Notes under the pieces: model-generated
Told to the model about the DNA's origin: nothing
Database searches by the model: none
Seen by the model: the letters and a program-made list of their open reading frames with translations, nothing else
NCBI GenBank assembly: GCA_020027215.1
Contig: JAHRAO010000006.1
Span: 1,939 to 65,938, forward strand
DNA: 64,000 bases
DNA from: Gammaproteobacteria bacterium
GTDB lineage: Bacteria; Pseudomonadota; Gammaproteobacteria; JABABF01; JAHRAO01
Direction: 5' to 3'
Translations under genes and position numbers: made by a program
Shown: positions 50,924-61,192 of the stretch, one piece after another
Position numbering within the stretch: the stretch's first letter is position 1
Layout: the number at the start of each line of letters is the position of its first letter

Positions 50924-51696
50924 TATTGGGTCAAACTATTACTCAATTGCACAAATTGTGCAATTGTCAACTGTTCAGGGCGCAATGAGGGATCGATTTC
51001 CAAATCGGTTAACTGGGCTGCACTTATATGATTGATTAACGAGCGGCGGAGAGTTTTGCGTCGGCGAGAAAAAAGTAAGCGCAACAATTCTTGAAAATGG
51101 GCACAATTATTCGCTATGACCGGAGGCGTTTGATGGAGGGAGAGGCGTACGAACGATGAATGCACTGCAGGGGGAGGTGTAAATGCCTCAGGTCCAATGG
51201 TAAAACATTTTTCTGTCTGACAATAATAGCCTGCGGTCACCGTGAGCCTCCCGTAATCTTTCCCACCTACTCCGGCGGTAAGACGATTAGCGACTTCGCG
51301 CTGAATCATAAAATGCATATCCTGAATACATTGACGCACCGCAAACAGCTTAAATAATAATGGCGTAGTAATGCTATAGGGTAAGTTTCCCACCACACGC
51401 ACCTTGTTGCCTAAAGCCGTAAAATCAAATTGCACCGCATCGGTACAATGGACGGTGCACGCGGTACCGGCAAAACGTTTGCGCAAAGTTTTCGCCCAAT
51501 CACGATCTATTTCTACAGCATGCACATGGCGAGCGGTACGCACTAACTGAGTCGTCAGCACACCATTTCCTGCACCAATTTCAATGAAACATTGGTCAGA
51601 GGTCGGTTTCACCAATGAAATGATCTGCTGGATGATGTGCCGATCGTGTAAAAAATGTTGCGCAAAACGTTTGCGGTGAGGATGGTGCGTTAACAT
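50923..51696 (-). CDS. rsmA: 16S rRNA m6,2A dimethyltransferase
   Basis: RKRFAQHFL, EIGAG.G.LT, VEIDRD, VGNLPYSI, F.PPP.V.S. Confidence 0.96.
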   Translation of the reverse strand: MLTHHPHRKRFAQHFLHDRHIIQQIISLVKPTSDQCFIEIGAGNGVLTTQLVRTARHVHAVEIDRDWAKTLRKRFAGTACTVHCTDAVQFDFTALGNKVRVVGNLPYSITTPLLFKLFAVRQCIQDMHFMIQREVANRLTAGVGGKDYGRLTVTAGYYCQTEKCFTIGPEAFTPPPAVHSSFVRLSLHQTPPVIANNCAHFQELLRLLFSRRRKTLRRSLINHISAAQLTDLEIDPSLRPEQLTIAQFVQLSNSLTQ

Positions 51697-52673
51697 GCGG
51701 CATGCACCATATCCTGTGCACAGGTCAGTGCTGCATGCAAACTATTCCAATCACTTTTACCGCTCCCCGCTAATTGTAACGCACTACCGTGATCGACAGA
51801 AGTTCTCACAAACGGCAACCCCAATGTCACATTGACTGCTCGACCAAAATAGCGATGCTTGAGGACTGGTAATCCTTGATCATGATACATTGCCAGTACC
51901 GCATCCGCTTGACGCAGATCTTTTGGATTAAATAAAGTATCCGCTGGTAAAGGGCCTCTAAGATTTAACCCTTGTTTGCGTAATTCTTGCAAACAGGGTG
52001 AGATAATTTCCACTTCCTCTCGGCCAATATGTCCGCCCTCCCCCGCATGAGGATTGAGCCCAGACACAAGAATGCGCGGAGCACGGATGGCAAAGTAGCG
52101 CTGTAATCCCTGTTCAAGTATGAGCACAGTACGCCGGAGGCGATCGCAAGTAATGTAATCTGCCACTTCCCGCAAAGGCACATGGGTGGTCAGTAATGCC
52201 ACCCGTAAATTGCACGCAACGAGCAACATGACCACGTGATCGGTGTGAGTCATTTCTGCCAACCATTCGGTATGTCCGCTAAATGCTATGCCGGCATCAT
52301 TCATAATACTTTTTTGTACAGGAGCAGTGACCATTGCGTGCACTGCTCCTTCTTGGCAACACTGCACGGCAACTCGCAAACATTCTAAAACGTAATGTGC
52401 GTTTTCGACACTGAGTTGCCCTGGAACACAACGAGTAGTAAGCGATACTGGCAAAATTGAAAGATGTGATGCCGATCGGTGACATTCATCGGTGGGCTGT
52501 GATAATAAATCGATGTGTAAAGGTAGCCCTAGTTGTCGCGCTCTTTCGGTGAGTAGTTCGGGATCGGCAATGGCAAAAAATTGTTGCGCCCGCTCATGTT
52601 GAACGAGTTGAATAACAATATCTGGGCCTATGCCGGCGGGTTCGCCTACCGTCAGTGCAGAACGCACCTCCAT
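51690..52673 (-). CDS. pdxA: 4-hydroxythreonine-4-phosphate dehydrogenase
   Basis: GEPAGIGPD, TAPVQK, GHTEWLA, GLNPHAGEGG, AMYHDQGL, RTSVDHG. Confidence 0.97.
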   Translation of the reverse strand: MEVRSALTVGEPAGIGPDIVIQLVQHERAQQFFAIADPELLTERARQLGLPLHIDLLSQPTDECHRSASHLSILPVSLTTRCVPGQLSVENAHYVLECLRVAVQCCQEGAVHAMVTAPVQKSIMNDAGIAFSGHTEWLAEMTHTDHVVMLLVACNLRVALLTTHVPLREVADYITCDRLRRTVLILEQGLQRYFAIRAPRILVSGLNPHAGEGGHIGREEVEIISPCLQELRKQGLNLRGPLPADTLFNPKDLRQADAVLAMYHDQGLPVLKHRYFGRAVNVTLGLPFVRTSVDHGSALQLAGSGKSDWNSLHAALTCAQDMVHAAC

Positions 52674-52711
52674 GACCTTTGCGTATTAATTAACCGCTAT
52701 AAAAAGCTTGA

Positions 52712-53071
52712 TTAGTCCGCATCAGTGGGGGAAGCACCGATTGGTTGGGGGGGAGACACCCATAGTGTTTTTTTACCATTGCCATCTATGGATAGAATAT
52801 TCCCTGCACCGCTTTTCTCCACTTCATCAATGCGCACAATCATATGCATGGGGATATAACTTCGTTTCACCCCTTCAAACTCGCTTTTTAATTTTTCCAC
52901 TGCCGGATCCACCACGCTACTCGAACGGGGATTAAAAATGCACTCTTCCATTTCAATAAAACCGTGCAAATCACTCTGGTAAATGTGCTTCGCATACATT
53001 TCATAAAATTTATTTTGGTTTTGGAAAATAATTTTATATACGGATCGCTCTGCCATTGGTTGTGCTCTCAT
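52712..53071 (-). CDS. DUF1820 family protein
   Basis: YKIIFQNQ..YEMYA, VVDP..EKLKSEFEGVKRSYIPMH..RIDEVEK.G. Confidence 0.85.
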   Translation of the reverse strand: MRAQPMAERSVYKIIFQNQNKFYEMYAKHIYQSDLHGFIEMEECIFNPRSSSVVDPAVEKLKSEFEGVKRSYIPMHMIVRIDEVEKSGAGNILSIDGNGKKTLWVSPPQPIGASPTDAD

Positions 53072-53136
53072 AACAAGGTTAGTCTATGCCTATTATATAA
53101 CACAATCATTATGTCTACTAAAAATGAGTTGCCCAG

Positions 53137-54495
53137 TTAGGATGTGTGGCGCAAGGCATATAGTGAAGAAGAAGTACGTTGGAGCAGGTAAATCAATAAA
53201 AAAGCAACCACGACCAAAGTACAGGCTTCGGCAATAGGAATGGCGACAAAAATACCGATTTCAGCAAACCACATGGGTAAAATCAATACGAATAAGCCCG
53301 GTAAAATAAGGCTACGCAATGATGCAACTAAAATAGATTCGCGTGGTAAAAGTATTGCAGTAAAGAAAAGCGATATGCAAATATTAATTCCACTCAATAG
53401 CAATGCTGGCGCATACCACAATAAATAATCATGCACAAATTGTGTTATATGGCGATCGCTCTCAGCGAGAAAGATAGCGGATAATGTTTCTGGAAATAAT
53501 AATACGCTCGTCAGAGCCAGCATACCGATCGCCAATGTCGTCAATAAATTGATGGATAAAAATTGTCGGACACGTTGCGGTTGATTGGCACCCATATTTT
53601 TGCTGACTAAAGGTTGCATCGCTTCGCTACAGCCAAAATAAACCATTAAAGCAACCATAGCGAGGTATTCCACAATCGCATACGCAGCAACACCCATTGT
53701 CCCGATACGGGTGACCAACACCCAATTAAATATTAAAGTCGTAATGCCAACCGATGATTCGTTAATGAGCTCCGAAACGCCATTGTATGCCGCCTGTATT
53801 ACAGTACGCCATTTCCAGTGGATAATGCGAAAAGGTATGCGCCTCTGTTGCCAATAGCGGGCAACGACAATAATCACTCCAAGAGTAGATAAAGCAATGC
53901 CGGTCGCAATTGCCGCCCCAGCTGTCCCCATATCCAACCCCACGATCAACACAGCATCTAAAGCAATATTGATGAGTGCACTCACCCCGATTGCCGTTGC
54001 ACTCAGGATAGGGCGATTATCTAAAATGGCATAATAATAAAGACAAATACTCACCGCAATAGCGGGAAAACAATACAGATAAAAACGCAAATAATCACCG
54101 ACCAATTCATACAAATCAGGCGGCGTACCCAGTGCAATCACAATCCACGGTTGGAATGCATTCACTATGATGACGAGTATGATGGCTAATGCTCCATTGA
54201 CAAACAGAGTTTTGATACATAAATCGCCTGCAGCGGAGATATTATTCTTTCCAATAAGGGTGCCGGCAACTGCACTGCTCCCGACCGCACACATCACCGG
54301 CAAAGCCCAACAAAAAGCAATGGCAGGAAGAGCTAAATTAACCGCCGCCAGAGCATGGGTGCCGACAAATTGACCTAAAAAAATAGCGTCAATAATTTGT
54401 GCAGACGAAAAGACCACCAATCCTGTTACGGAGGGCACAGCATAGCGAATGTATACAGATAGCGGTCGCCCTTTGAGCGGATCATAATGACTCAT
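53137..54495 (-). CDS. MATE family efflux transporter
   Basis: IDAIFLGQFVG..ALAAVNL, NIALD..I..MGTAGAAIAT, QPLVS.N.GA; about 12 TM. Confidence 0.92.
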   Translation of the reverse strand: MSHYDPLKGRPLSVYIRYAVPSVTGLVVFSSAQIIDAIFLGQFVGTHALAAVNLALPAIAFCWALPVMCAVGSSAVAGTLIGKNNISAAGDLCIKTLFVNGALAIILVIIVNAFQPWIVIALGTPPDLYELVGDYLRFYLYCFPAIAVSICLYYYAILDNRPILSATAIGVSALINIALDAVLIVGLDMGTAGAAIATGIALSTLGVIIVVARYWQQRRIPFRIIHWKWRTVIQAAYNGVSELINESSVGITTLIFNWVLVTRIGTMGVAAYAIVEYLAMVALMVYFGCSEAMQPLVSKNMGANQPQRVRQFLSINLLTTLAIGMLALTSVLLFPETLSAIFLAESDRHITQFVHDYLLWYAPALLLSGINICISLFFTAILLPRESILVASLRSLILPGLFVLILPMWFAEIGIFVAIPIAEACTLVVVAFLLIYLLQRTSSSLYALRHTS

Positions 54496-54520
54496 GGTAA
54501 TGCTTGTGCTAGTAGTATGA

Positions 54521-55621
54521 TTACAGCCGTTGCTTGAGGCTTGCTTCTAAAAACATACCAATATCCCCATCCAGCACTTTGCTACAGTGCGTTGTTTTGA
54601 CCCCCGTACGTAAATCTTTAATCATCGCAGAATCTAATACATAGGATCGGATTTGATTTCCCCAGCCGATAGCCGTTTTTTCGTTTTCTCGTGCTTCGCG
54701 TTCACTAGTGCGCTTTTGTATTTCTAAGTCATATAACTTAGCGCGCAACTGACGCATAGCATTTTCGCGATTTTGATGTTGCGAGCGCTGATTTTGGCAT
54801 TGCACCACCAACCCAGTCGGTAGATGCGTCACGCGTACTGCCGAATCCGTTTTATTGACATGTTGACCACCCGCCCCCGATGCACGATAAGTATCTATTC
54901 GTAAATCATTCGTATCAATATGAATTTCCACTTTATCGTCTATTTCTGGCACAACCGATACCGCAGCAAATGATGTATGGCGGCGATTCCCCGAATCAAA
55001 AGGCGATTTACGCACCAGACGATGAACGCCCGCTTCAGTACGCATCCACCCGTAGACATATTTGCCATCAATTTTAATAGTCGTATGTTTGACTCCCGCA
55101 ACTTCACCCGGAGAGAGCGAGAGTATTTCGCTGTCAAAATTGCGTTGCTCACAATAGCGCAAATACATACGCAATAACATTTCAGCCCAATCTTGCGCTT
55201 CGGTTCCGCCCGAACCCGCTTGAATAGTTAGAAAAGCGTTATTTGCATCCATTTCGCCAGAGAACATGCACTGAAATTCTAAATAGCTCATTCGGCGGCT
55301 CCATTGCGTTAAATCAGATGCTATACTGTTCATGGTTTCATCGCAATGTTCCTCTTCCATCGCCAAATCAAATAACATTTTTATATCGGTAAAATCATGT
55401 ACGAGTTGGTCTACTTCCATCAATTCTTCTTGTAATACCGAATGTTCCTGCCCAATACGCGCAGCATTTTCTGGGTCATCCCATAATGTCGGGAGAGCTA
55501 ATTGTTGTGCAAGTGATTGAAGGCGCGTATTTTTATCTTCATACTGGGATGTCACTTTCAAATCATCGCAGCGCCGCGACCCTTCTTCTATTGAAGATCT
55601 TAATTCGTTAGTTATATTCAT
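54521..55621 (-). CDS. prfB: Peptide chain release factor 2 (single ORF, no programmed frameshift)
   Basis: GSGGTEAQDWA, GVHRLVRKSPFD (SPF), GAGGQHVN, WGNQIRSYV. Confidence 0.97.
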   Translation of the reverse strand: MNITNELRSSIEEGSRRCDDLKVTSQYEDKNTRLQSLAQQLALPTLWDDPENAARIGQEHSVLQEELMEVDQLVHDFTDIKMLFDLAMEEEHCDETMNSIASDLTQWSRRMSYLEFQCMFSGEMDANNAFLTIQAGSGGTEAQDWAEMLLRMYLRYCEQRNFDSEILSLSPGEVAGVKHTTIKIDGKYVYGWMRTEAGVHRLVRKSPFDSGNRRHTSFAAVSVVPEIDDKVEIHIDTNDLRIDTYRASGAGGQHVNKTDSAVRVTHLPTGLVVQCQNQRSQHQNRENAMRQLRAKLYDLEIQKRTSEREARENEKTAIGWGNQIRSYVLDSAMIKDLRTGVKTTHCSKVLDGDIGMFLEASLKQRL

Positions 55622-55705
55622 TGGTAATTAATATTAGTCTGCTGGGAGAATTATTATAATAACAGTATATGGGCATATTAAAATTTATGATACCGACGAC
55701 AAGAA

Positions 55706-56491
55706 ATGACTATCTCCATTAAAACCGCTGACGAAATTAAACACATGCGCCAAGCAGGGAAGTTAGCCGCAGAAGTTTTAGAAATGATAGAACCTTATGT
55801 CAAGCCGGGCATGAGCACAGGAGAACTCGATCAAATTTGTCACAACTATATTATCAATACCCAACATGCGATTCCCGCCCCACTCAACTATCGCGGTTTT
55901 CCCCGCTCTATATGCACTTCTGTCAATCAAGTGGTGTGCCATGGTATTCCTTCCGAGAAAAAAATCCTCAAAGGCGGAGATATTATTAACATTGATGTGA
56001 CGGTCATTAAAGATGGTTATCACGGCGATACCAGCAAAATGTTTTGTGTCGGCGAGTGCAAACCACATGCCCTCAATTTAATGCGGGTGACTCAAGAATG
56101 CCTTTACCGAGCAATTCACATCGTTCAACCCGGTTTAACTCTCAACAAGATCGGGCACATCATCCAACAGCATGCGGAAGCGAATCATTATTCAATTGTC
56201 CGTGATTACTGCGGACACGGTATCGGTAAAGAGTTTCACGAACCACCACAAGTATTACATTATTATGACCCGCGCGCCAACACAACATTGCAAACGGGAA
56301 TGACTTTTACTATTGAACCGATGCTCAATGCAGGTGGCTATAAAGTCAAATTAAACAAGGGCGATGGATGGACGGTCACCACTCGCGATGGGAGACTATC
56401 TGCCCAATGGGAGCACACTCTTGTCGTGACGGATGCAGGATGTGAAGTCCTCACGCAACGCAGTGAAGAATCCTTTTTCAATAATCCATGA
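55706..56491 (+). CDS. map: Methionine aminopeptidase type I
   Basis: CTSVNQVVCHGIP, DVTV..GYHGDTS, CGHGIG..FHE.P, FTIEPM, AQWEHT. Confidence 0.98.
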   Translation: MTISIKTADEIKHMRQAGKLAAEVLEMIEPYVKPGMSTGELDQICHNYIINTQHAIPAPLNYRGFPRSICTSVNQVVCHGIPSEKKILKGGDIINIDVTVIKDGYHGDTSKMFCVGECKPHALNLMRVTQECLYRAIHIVQPGLTLNKIGHIIQQHAEANHYSIVRDYCGHGIGKEFHEPPQVLHYYDPRANTTLQTGMTFTIEPMLNAGGYKVKLNKGDGWTVTTRDGRLSAQWEHTLVVTDAGCEVLTQRSEESFFNNP

Positions 56492-59121
56492 TTGAGCTTT
56501 CTGCCAATGCTTACGCACAATCACTGCGTCATATGTCCCAGCAAATGGACGAGCGCTTTCGTGAAAATGCACCCATTGCTCCCCTCATTGTTCAACGCGC
56601 CCGTTTTATTGACGGACTACTCCGTAAGGTATGGGATAAATTTCCGTGGCCCGAACAGAAACACATTAGTTTAGTGGCAGTCGGTGGTTATGGTCGCCAA
56701 GAATTACACCCCTATTCTGATATTGATTTGATGATATTGTTGGATGATTATTACGATACCTACTATCACGAAATAATTGAAAAATTTCTCACTCATTTAT
56801 GGGATAGCAATTTACCTATCGGGCATAGTGTGCGCTCAATGTCCGAGACGCGACAACAGGCAAACGATGATATTACCGTCATTACGAATCTAATGGAATC
56901 TCGGCTCCTTGCTGGATCTGCTCATTTGCATAGCAGAATGCTACAAGCCATTAGCCCGCAGAATACATGGCCGTGTGATAAATTTTTTTTAGAAAAATGG
57001 TTTGAACAAAATGAACGTCATCGCCGTTATGCGAATACCGAATACAACCTTGAACCCGATGTCAAGGATTCTCCGGGAGGATTGCGCGATTTACAGACAC
57101 TCGGCTGGATTGCCAAGCGGCTTTACGGCACTGCAAACTTGCAAGATTTAATGAACTGTGGGTTTTTAACCTCCGATATGGGATCGCGCATAAAAAGTGG
57201 GCGAGATTTCTTATGGCGTGTTCGCTACGGTTTGCACATGATCAGCCAACGTGCCGAAGACCGCCTACTCTTCCAACATCAACTCGTCTTAGCGAAGCTA
57301 TTTCGATACGATGATGATGATGAGCAGTATCGCAATTTAGGTGTGGAGCGTTTTATGCAACAATATTACCGTTGCGCAATGACCTTGGGTGAGATCAACG
57401 AAGTACTCTTGCAACGCACCAACGAACAGATCATCCATGCCAATATTAAACCCAATATTTGCCCCATCAACGAACGATTTGAAATTTACAACAACTATAT
57501 TCGCGTGACCAACAAGAATATTTTTCACGAACACCCTTCTGCGCTCTTGGAAATTTTTCTCTTACTGGCACAAAATAAAGATATTGAAGGTATTGCCGCC
57601 GAAACCTTAATTATGCTACGCGATGCTCGCCATTTGATTGACGATCGCTTTCGCACAGATCCCATCAACACCGCATTATTTATAGATTTTTTGCGTGCAC
57701 CGCACAATATGGCGCAACATCTCAATCGCATGAAACGACAAGGTATTTTAGAAAAGTATATCCCCGAAGTGGGCGATATTATTGGCATGATGCAATATGA
57801 TTTGTTCCATGTTTATACGGTAGATGCACACACCATAAAAGTCATCAACAATATGTGTCACTTCTGCCAAGGGCTTGAACGCAAAAAATTCTCATTGGCA
57901 ACTATTATTGCACAGCGATTAGATACCCCCGAACTACTCTATATTGCCGGTCTATTTCACGATATTGGCAAAGGGCGTAAAGGCGACCACTCGCAATTGG
58001 GAGCTCAAGATGCTGACCGATTTTGTCGCCGGCATGGCTTAACTGAACGGGATACCCAGCTCGTGGTGTGGCTAGTCGAAAATCATCTGACAATGTCTCG
58101 GTTCATCAAACGCAAAGATATTTCTGAGCCCACAGTCATCCAAGAATTTTCCTCACTGGTACAAGATATTCGCCATCTCAATTACTTATATGTTTTGACG
58201 ATTGCCGACATCAATGCCACGAACCCGCAGCTCTGGACCAATTGGACGGCAACGCTACTGCGGCATCTCTATCTGCGCACTTATCGTGCTTTAAGGCGCG
58301 GTTTGACCCATCACATTGATCGTCAAGATATCATTACTGCCAATAAAGGTGCCTCTTATAAAAAATTAATCGCCATGAATTATACAAAGAGTGATATCCA
58401 CAAATTATGGCAGAATATTGACAGCGAGTATTTTCTCAATACATCAAAAGAGGATGTCATTTGGCATACGACCGCTATTGTTGATCATCTTAACAATGAT
58501 CAACCGCTCATTTTGGTCAAGGAAAGCACTCGGCGTGCATTTGAAGGTGCCACCCAAATTTTTACCTATTGTGCCGATGCCGATAATTTTTTTATCACTC
58601 TCACCAGCGTTTTGGATAAACTGCGCCTGAATATCCAAGACGCGCGTATTTTCCATACCGACCACCACATGCAGTTGAGCACATTTTATGTACTCGATAT
58701 TGATAATCAACCCTTACACGAAGAAGCAAAACACGAAATGATTCGCCAGTATCTGTCAGAAGCACTCCTCAAAATGTCGCCTAAACCATCTTCCACTTCT
58801 TCTTATATATTCCCCAGACGTATCCAAAACTTTAAGATCCCGACGCGGGTAAAAATGAATATTTCTGAGACCGGCAAATACAATGTATTAGAAATTGTCG
58901 CCCTTGACCAGCCCGGAATTTTAGTGCGCGTCGCACATGTACTCTCCCAATATAAACTAAAAGCCAAAAGTGCGCACATTACAACATTAGGTGAGCGTGT
59001 AGAGGATATCTTTTACCTCAGCGATAGGCAAAATTCACCTGTGCGCGACCGAAAGATTTGTGCGGCAATAGAAAATACTCTTTTTGATCAGCTGAAATTA
59101 GAATACGAAAGTCCGGCATGA
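56488..59121 (+). CDS. glnD: PII uridylyltransferase / uridylyl-removing enzyme
   Basis: AVGGYGR.ELHPYSDIDL, LEPDVK.SPGGLRD, HVYTVDAH, FHDIGKGR (HD), two ACT domains (TLGERVEDIF). Confidence 0.97.
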   Translation: MIELSANAYAQSLRHMSQQMDERFRENAPIAPLIVQRARFIDGLLRKVWDKFPWPEQKHISLVAVGGYGRQELHPYSDIDLMILLDDYYDTYYHEIIEKFLTHLWDSNLPIGHSVRSMSETRQQANDDITVITNLMESRLLAGSAHLHSRMLQAISPQNTWPCDKFFLEKWFEQNERHRRYANTEYNLEPDVKDSPGGLRDLQTLGWIAKRLYGTANLQDLMNCGFLTSDMGSRIKSGRDFLWRVRYGLHMISQRAEDRLLFQHQLVLAKLFRYDDDDEQYRNLGVERFMQQYYRCAMTLGEINEVLLQRTNEQIIHANIKPNICPINERFEIYNNYIRVTNKNIFHEHPSALLEIFLLLAQNKDIEGIAAETLIMLRDARHLIDDRFRTDPINTALFIDFLRAPHNMAQHLNRMKRQGILEKYIPEVGDIIGMMQYDLFHVYTVDAHTIKVINNMCHFCQGLERKKFSLATIIAQRLDTPELLYIAGLFHDIGKGRKGDHSQLGAQDADRFCRRHGLTERDTQLVVWLVENHLTMSRFIKRKDISEPTVIQEFSSLVQDIRHLNYLYVLTIADINATNPQLWTNWTATLLRHLYLRTYRALRRGLTHHIDRQDIITANKGASYKKLIAMNYTKSDIHKLWQNIDSEYFLNTSKEDVIWHTTAIVDHLNNDQPLILVKESTRRAFEGATQIFTYCADADNFFITLTSVLDKLRLNIQDARIFHTDHHMQLSTFYVLDIDNQPLHEEAKHEMIRQYLSEALLKMSPKPSSTSSYIFPRRIQNFKIPTRVKMNISETGKYNVLEIVALDQPGILVRVAHVLSQYKLKAKSAHITTLGERVEDIFYLSDRQNSPVRDRKICAAIENTLFDQLKLEYESPA

Positions 59122-59747
59122 ATATTACCGCACGCGCGGAGTATGTGCGTAATCATCTTGCGGCACTTTACCCTCACCCCCCTATTCCACTGCACCATCA
59201 AGATCCATATACCCTACTCATCGCTGTTATATTATCGGCACAATGCACCGATGCACGCGTCAATAAAGTGACTCCTGCTCTTTTTAAGGTTGCGCATACG
59301 CCAGCACAAATGGCGCAATTGTCTGTGCAGCAGATCCACGCACTCATCGCGACCTGTGGATTAGCACCGACTAAATCGCGCTCAATATCTACTCTCTCCC
59401 AACTATTAGTTTCTCGTCATGCAGGGCACGTGCCGCGCACGCGTGCAGAATTAGAAGCCCTTCCCGGTGTTGGACGCAAAACCGCATCAGTGGTGTTGAG
59501 TCAGGCATTCGGGGAAGAAACTTTTCCGGTAGACACCCACATTTATCGGCTTGCTCGCCGGTGGAAGCTGAGCTGCGGCAAAAATACCGTGCACGTTGAA
59601 AACGATCTAAAACAATTATTTCCTTCTGTGCAATGGCGCGATTTGCATTTACAATTTATTTACTACGGGCGCGAACATTGCACGGCACGTGGCTGTAATG
59701 GGCGTCAGTGTCCTATTTGTCATTATTTATCCCGAGAAAAAAATTAA
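59118..59747 (+). CDS. nth: Endonuclease III
   Basis: LSAQCTDARVN, HhH LPGVGRKTA, VDTH, C-terminal four-Cys Fe-S motif. Confidence 0.96.
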   Translation: MNITARAEYVRNHLAALYPHPPIPLHHQDPYTLLIAVILSAQCTDARVNKVTPALFKVAHTPAQMAQLSVQQIHALIATCGLAPTKSRSISTLSQLLVSRHAGHVPRTRAELEALPGVGRKTASVVLSQAFGEETFPVDTHIYRLARRWKLSCGKNTVHVENDLKQLFPSVQWRDLHLQFIYYGREHCTARGCNGRQCPICHYLSREKN

Positions 59748-60214
59748 ATATTCACTTTTTTGCGTTTGTGGCGAAAGAATTCTTGCACCAATAATGCGCA
59801 TTCGTCCGCTAATACCCCTTCCTCCCATTCAACACGATGGTTGCCATAGGCTCCATTGAGTAATTGACAACAGCTGACAACAGCACCCGTTTTAGATTCA
59901 CGGGCACCAAAAACTAAACGGGCAATACGCGCATGAATAAGCGCCGCCGCACACATTGCACAAGGTTCCAGCGTCACATAAAGTATGCTCTCGTTGAGAC
60001 GATAATTACCCATATGCTGGGCGGCAACGCGAAGAGCAATAATTTCAGCATGTGCAGAAGGGTCTATTTTTCCAATGGGCTGGTTATAACCCTCCCCAAT
60101 GCAGGTTCCATTGTGCACGACCAGTGCGCCAATGGGAACTTCTCCCGCACAGGGTGATTGTGCTGCCACGCGCAAGGCGTGGCGCATCCACAATTGATCA
60201 TTATAGTGTTGCAT
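59744..60214 (-). CDS. tadA: tRNA adenosine(34) deaminase
   Basis: GEVPIGA, DPSAHAE, TLEPCAMC, FF..KR C-terminus. Confidence 0.95.
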   Translation of the reverse strand: MQHYNDQLWMRHALRVAAQSPCAGEVPIGALVVHNGTCIGEGYNQPIGKIDPSAHAEIIALRVAAQHMGNYRLNESILYVTLEPCAMCAAALIHARIARLVFGARESKTGAVVSCCQLLNGAYGNHRVEWEEGVLADECALLVQEFFRHKRKKVNI

Positions 60215-60253
60215 GCGGGTCAGTACTGGCGATATATTGGTAGAGAGTCAAGT

Positions 60254-60925
60254 TTAATTATTTTTTACGGCAAATAATGCTAAGCTGTGTGCACTACGGT
60301 AAGCATGCAATCCATCACCATCTAAATTGAGCACGTGAATATGCGTGCAGTGCCTACGCAAATACCGATAACTATCATAGAGAGAGTAAGTATAAACCCG
60401 CCCATCTGTTGCCGTATCGCGATATCGTTTGCCGCCGGTCAATACCCAATCAGTCGCCCGCCATAATCCGCTCATATGCAGTAATTGTTTTATGGTGCGG
60501 GCAAGGCGATTGCCATGAGCATAGCAGTTCGCATCCGAAATAAATACGGCACGATTTGCGACGCGCAACATCTCATTCACCGCACGGTAAGGTTGAGGAA
60601 GGTGATGCAGTAAGCCACAAGCACACACGACATCAAAAGAGCGGTTGGCGAAGGTTAAATTCATTGCGTCACCTATAGCGATATCAGCTAATTTTTTCTG
60701 ATCGCTCACCGTTTGTTGGCGGGGGTCACTGTCTATGGTGGATACGGTTAGATCCAGATCGGTTTGCTGAAGATATTGCGCTAATTCACCGCTCCCTCCA
60801 CCAATATCCAATAAAGAATGCACTGGATAACTACGCAGCATTGCGTAGAGAAAACACAGCGTCATATAACCATCACCAAAATGTTGTGCGGTTGAAAAAT
60901 CAGCCGCAGTACCCTTGCCTAACAT
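60254..60925 (-). CDS. Class I SAM-dependent methyltransferase
   Basis: LLDIGGGSG, GDAMNL.F..SFDVV, LHHL, EMLRVA. Confidence 0.88.
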   Translation of the reverse strand: MLGKGTAADFSTAQHFGDGYMTLCFLYAMLRSYPVHSLLDIGGGSGELAQYLQQTDLDLTVSTIDSDPRQQTVSDQKKLADIAIGDAMNLTFANRSFDVVCACGLLHHLPQPYRAVNEMLRVANRAVFISDANCYAHGNRLARTIKQLLHMSGLWRATDWVLTGGKRYRDTATDGRVYTYSLYDSYRYLRRHCTHIHVLNLDGDGLHAYRSAHSLALFAVKNN

Positions 60926-61050
60926 ATGCGCGTATTTATCGTCGATTCACAATCTGTCTATTCATCATTGTGGATGATGGCGTATAAACTCTGCTCGTAT
61001 TCTCGCTCATTCAATGAAACTATATTTTTCGGTGCGACCAGTCCCAAATG

Positions 61051-61099
61051 AAGACCATTGCATAGTGCATGTAACAAGACCATTGCATAGTGCATGTAA
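61051..61099. repeat. Tandem duplication, 24 identical bp with 25-bp period
   Basis: AAGACCATTGCATAGTGCATGTAA occurs at 61051 and 61076. Confidence 0.95.
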
Positions 61100-61192
61100 T
61101 TATAATGTGGCAACGCCCACAATCAATGCAAGCACAAGCATAAAAGAGGTTTAACTGCTAGTTTATTAAGTTTTTAGTATTATGAACCAATA

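Noticed and set aside
61051-61099. CRISPR array
   Set aside because: Two adjacent copies, no spacers and no cas genes.
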